A stretch of 64,000 nucleotides of DNA from Hypanus sabinus (taxonomy: Eukaryota): the NCBI RefSeq assembly GCF_030144855.1, contig NC_082710.1:35588001-35652000 (forward strand). The letters are read 5' to 3'. Both the position numbers and the translations under genes were made by a program. Below are positions 61,571 through 64,000 of this stretch, piece after piece. The notes beneath the pieces are model-generated. The model had not been told where the DNA came from, did not search any database, and saw only the letters and a list, made by a program, of their open reading frames with translations. Position 1 is the first letter of the stretch, and each line of letters starts with the position of its first letter.

Positions 61571-62659
61571 TTGTCTATCTGCCGATGACATTTTATTACA
61601 TGTATTTCTTCCATGACAGTTATTTATTATTAAAACATTAAGTAAGGTTTGGAATATTATAAATTTCTGTGATATGTCTGCTATCATTCATTAGCTTTTA
61701 ATTCTGAAGTTATGACCTCATGTCAACAGGAAAACAATGATGCTCTTATTTAGATTGTATAAGTCAGTCACATGGTTTTTCAAATATTGGTTTGTATTTC
61801 TTCCTATGTGCACTACTAATCTCATGGATTGCCACTGGCAACTATAATTGTTCAAAATCTGACATTAAAACATGAACTTAACTTTGTGATTTACCTATGC
61901 ATTTTTTAATTGTTTTGTGTTGTATCTGAAAGCCACCTTTGCATGTTTTAAATTGGACCATAATCAAATTTTGTGGGTTATAAGTTCCAATAGTTATACC
62001 TTCGGAAAAGGTGAAACGTGATGCCATGTGAAACCAGTTCTTGAATCAAACAAAAACACTATTAGTCACTTAAGACTTACAGTAGCTTTTCTCAAATGGA
62101 GTAGTGTCTTCAAGTACAGGTCTTTCATCTGATTCTAATCAGGACTTTTACTTTTAAGTACTGAGGAAACAAAGTATGATTTTGAGACATAAGAAAATTT
62201 GTTCTCAGGTACACTTGATAACATGATTTCAGATATGATATCTTTGACTTTCTGGACGGATAATAGAAATATCATCCTCACAAAACTGTCAATTTTATGC
62301 CAGCGTAAAATAAACAGGCTTGTGAATGGAAAACAATTTCCTTAGATATTTCTTTTTAGAGCAGGCAGAAAGTTATTGATTTTTTTTCTTATCTTCTCAG
62401 TATTATCAATTTAGAGTCAAAGTTGCTTTCATCTCCTTTTTATGGGATGAAGTTTACTTGAAAACAAGATTTGCTAAATGGGTGGAAGCTACTCTATCAT
62501 AACAACATTCTCCAAAGGTGCTGAAGTAACTCAGATACCTCACTAACTGTGAAGGGGTATTATTAACCATTGTGTCTGGTACTCTGGTTAATGGGCTGGA
62601 TAGATAACGTATGTGCACCTATTTCTTTGCCAGCAGAATCTGATCTGAAACAGACTTGA

Positions 62660-63390
62660 ACATTTACACCTCAGTAGGGCAAATGCAAGGGGACAGACAC
62701 TGTGAAGAGCAAGGTCCTTGACCATATTGCTGAGCAGAGAGATCTTGGGATCCAAGTTCATAGCTCCTTGAAAGTGGCTACACAGGTCAATAAGGTGGTT
62801 AAGAAGGCTTATAGAATGCTTGCTTTTATTAGTCCAGGCACTGAGTTCCAAAGTCAGAATGTCATGCTGCAACTTTATAAAACTTCGGTTAGGCCACATC
62901 TAGAGTATTAGTCACCCCACTATAGGAAGGATGTTGAGGCTTTGGAGGGGGAGTTTGTCAGGATGCTGTGTGGTTTAGAGAGCATGAGCTATCATGAGAG
63001 GATGGACGAACTTGCGTTGTTTTCTCTGGAGCATCGGAGGCTGGGGGGAGATCTGATAGAGTTTTACAAAATTGAGAGGCACAGAGAGTATCTGTTTCCC
63101 AGGGTTGAAATGGCTAATACCAGAGAGCATGCATTGAAGGTGAAAGGGAATAGGTTCAAGGGGGATGTGAGGGGTAAATCGTTTGCTCAGAGAGTGGTGG
63201 ATGCCTGGAATGCGCTGGCTGATTTGCTCGTAGAGGCAAATACATTAGAGGCTCTTAAGGGATGTTGGATAGGCATATGGAAGATGGAGGGATATGGATA
63301 TGGTGTAGGTAGGGGGGATTAGTGTTTGGGTGTTTTTAGCACAACATTATGGGCTGAATGGCCTGTTCCTGTGCTGAACTCTTCTATGTC
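62660..63390 (+). mobile_element. CR1 3' fragment
   Basis: ORFs 62702-62911 and 62942-63322 (RDLGIQVHSSLK, LYKTSVRPHLEY, RLGGDLIE); tail ggcctgttcctgtgctg. Confidence 0.85.
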
Positions 63391-63779
63391 TACATCCGGT
63401 CCTGAAGATATATGTAACCTTCAGTGTAGCGATTTTAGTTTATTCAAATTTACTTTCTCAATATTATGAGAAGGATAAATTATTAAATCTGGTATTGCCC
63501 TTGGTTGTAGCACAGCATTTAAAAACAACACCAGCAGCATCTATTTTAGCAGAAATTTAACATAATAAAACAACTTAAACTATTTTACACAAGTGTTTCT
63601 AAAAATATTGAATACTGAGCAGCATACAAAAATGACAGGACAGACAATCTGAAACTTGGACGTAACTTGGTGTAAGGTATATCTAAAGAGGAAAAAGACT
63701 GCAAGGAGGATAGGTTTAAAGACAAGATACTCAGTGCTAAGTCAGAGTTAATGATTTAGCATTGAAAATTCTGAATATG

Positions 63780-63980
63780 CATTAAACCAAGACCCCATCT
63801 GCTCATTCAATCAGATGTAAAAGATGTGGCTCAAACAGGTGTTATTAATGTGTTTGTCCTTCAATTGCTTTAATTAAAATAGATTATTTGGTCATTCTAA
63901 CATTTCTGTCTGTGGGAGCTTTGCTGCATGCAAACTTGCTGCTAGGTTTCTATGACTGTTACTGCACATTAAAAAAGATT
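63780..63980 (+). mobile_element. DeuSINE (SacSINE1/AmnSINE1-like) remnant
   Basis: ttaaaccaagaccccatctgc..atgtaaaagat and agattatttggtcatt..tgtgggagctttgctgcatgcaaa, resembling the Deu domain. Confidence 0.6.
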
Positions 63981-64000
63981 TAAGAAGTCAAATGGATGAC

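Noticed and set aside
59663-64000. OSTF1 exon 2 (GQVKVFRALY...)
   Set aside because: No matching sequence found by eye; probably beyond the right edge

Overview
Vertebrate genomic DNA. The repeat content (CR1, HE1/V-SINE, DeuSINE, Penelope, Rex1/Babar) points to a cartilaginous fish, probably a ray; this is inference. Three spliced genes are present, which the ORF track largely misses. (1) CARNMT1 on the minus strand, coding exons 1-5 (18974 down to 13), continuing off the left edge. (2) NMRK1 on the minus strand: seven confident coding exons (55762 down to 31514), a probable non-coding exon 1 near 59414 and an ambiguous terminal exon. (3) The first coding exon of OSTF1 on the plus strand (59629-59662), head-to-head with NMRK1 across a CpG island with two perfect CRE palindromes. 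This CARNMT1-NMRK1-OSTF1 order matches human 9q21. All exon junctions were read by hand and are GT-AG and phase-compatible. Most remaining long ORFs are decayed transposons, often nested: CR1, a full-length L1, an RTE, Rex1/Babar, Penelope, a Tc1, a Tigger-like element, a chromodomain Gypsy and SINEs. Most notable observations: an RTE LINE with a twin-priming-type 5' inversion inside a perfect TSD; a composite non-autonomous Tc1-type element made of two ~70-bp mini-MITEs around captured DNA; hammerhead-ribozyme-bearing Penelope tails, including a 206-bp TSD-flanked hairpin; a potential dual-coding CARNMT1 exon 1 (alternative ATG plus alternative donor splicing in frame to exon 2); an in-frame uORF and two possible C-termini for NMRK1. 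No CRISPR, rRNA or tRNA genes were found.
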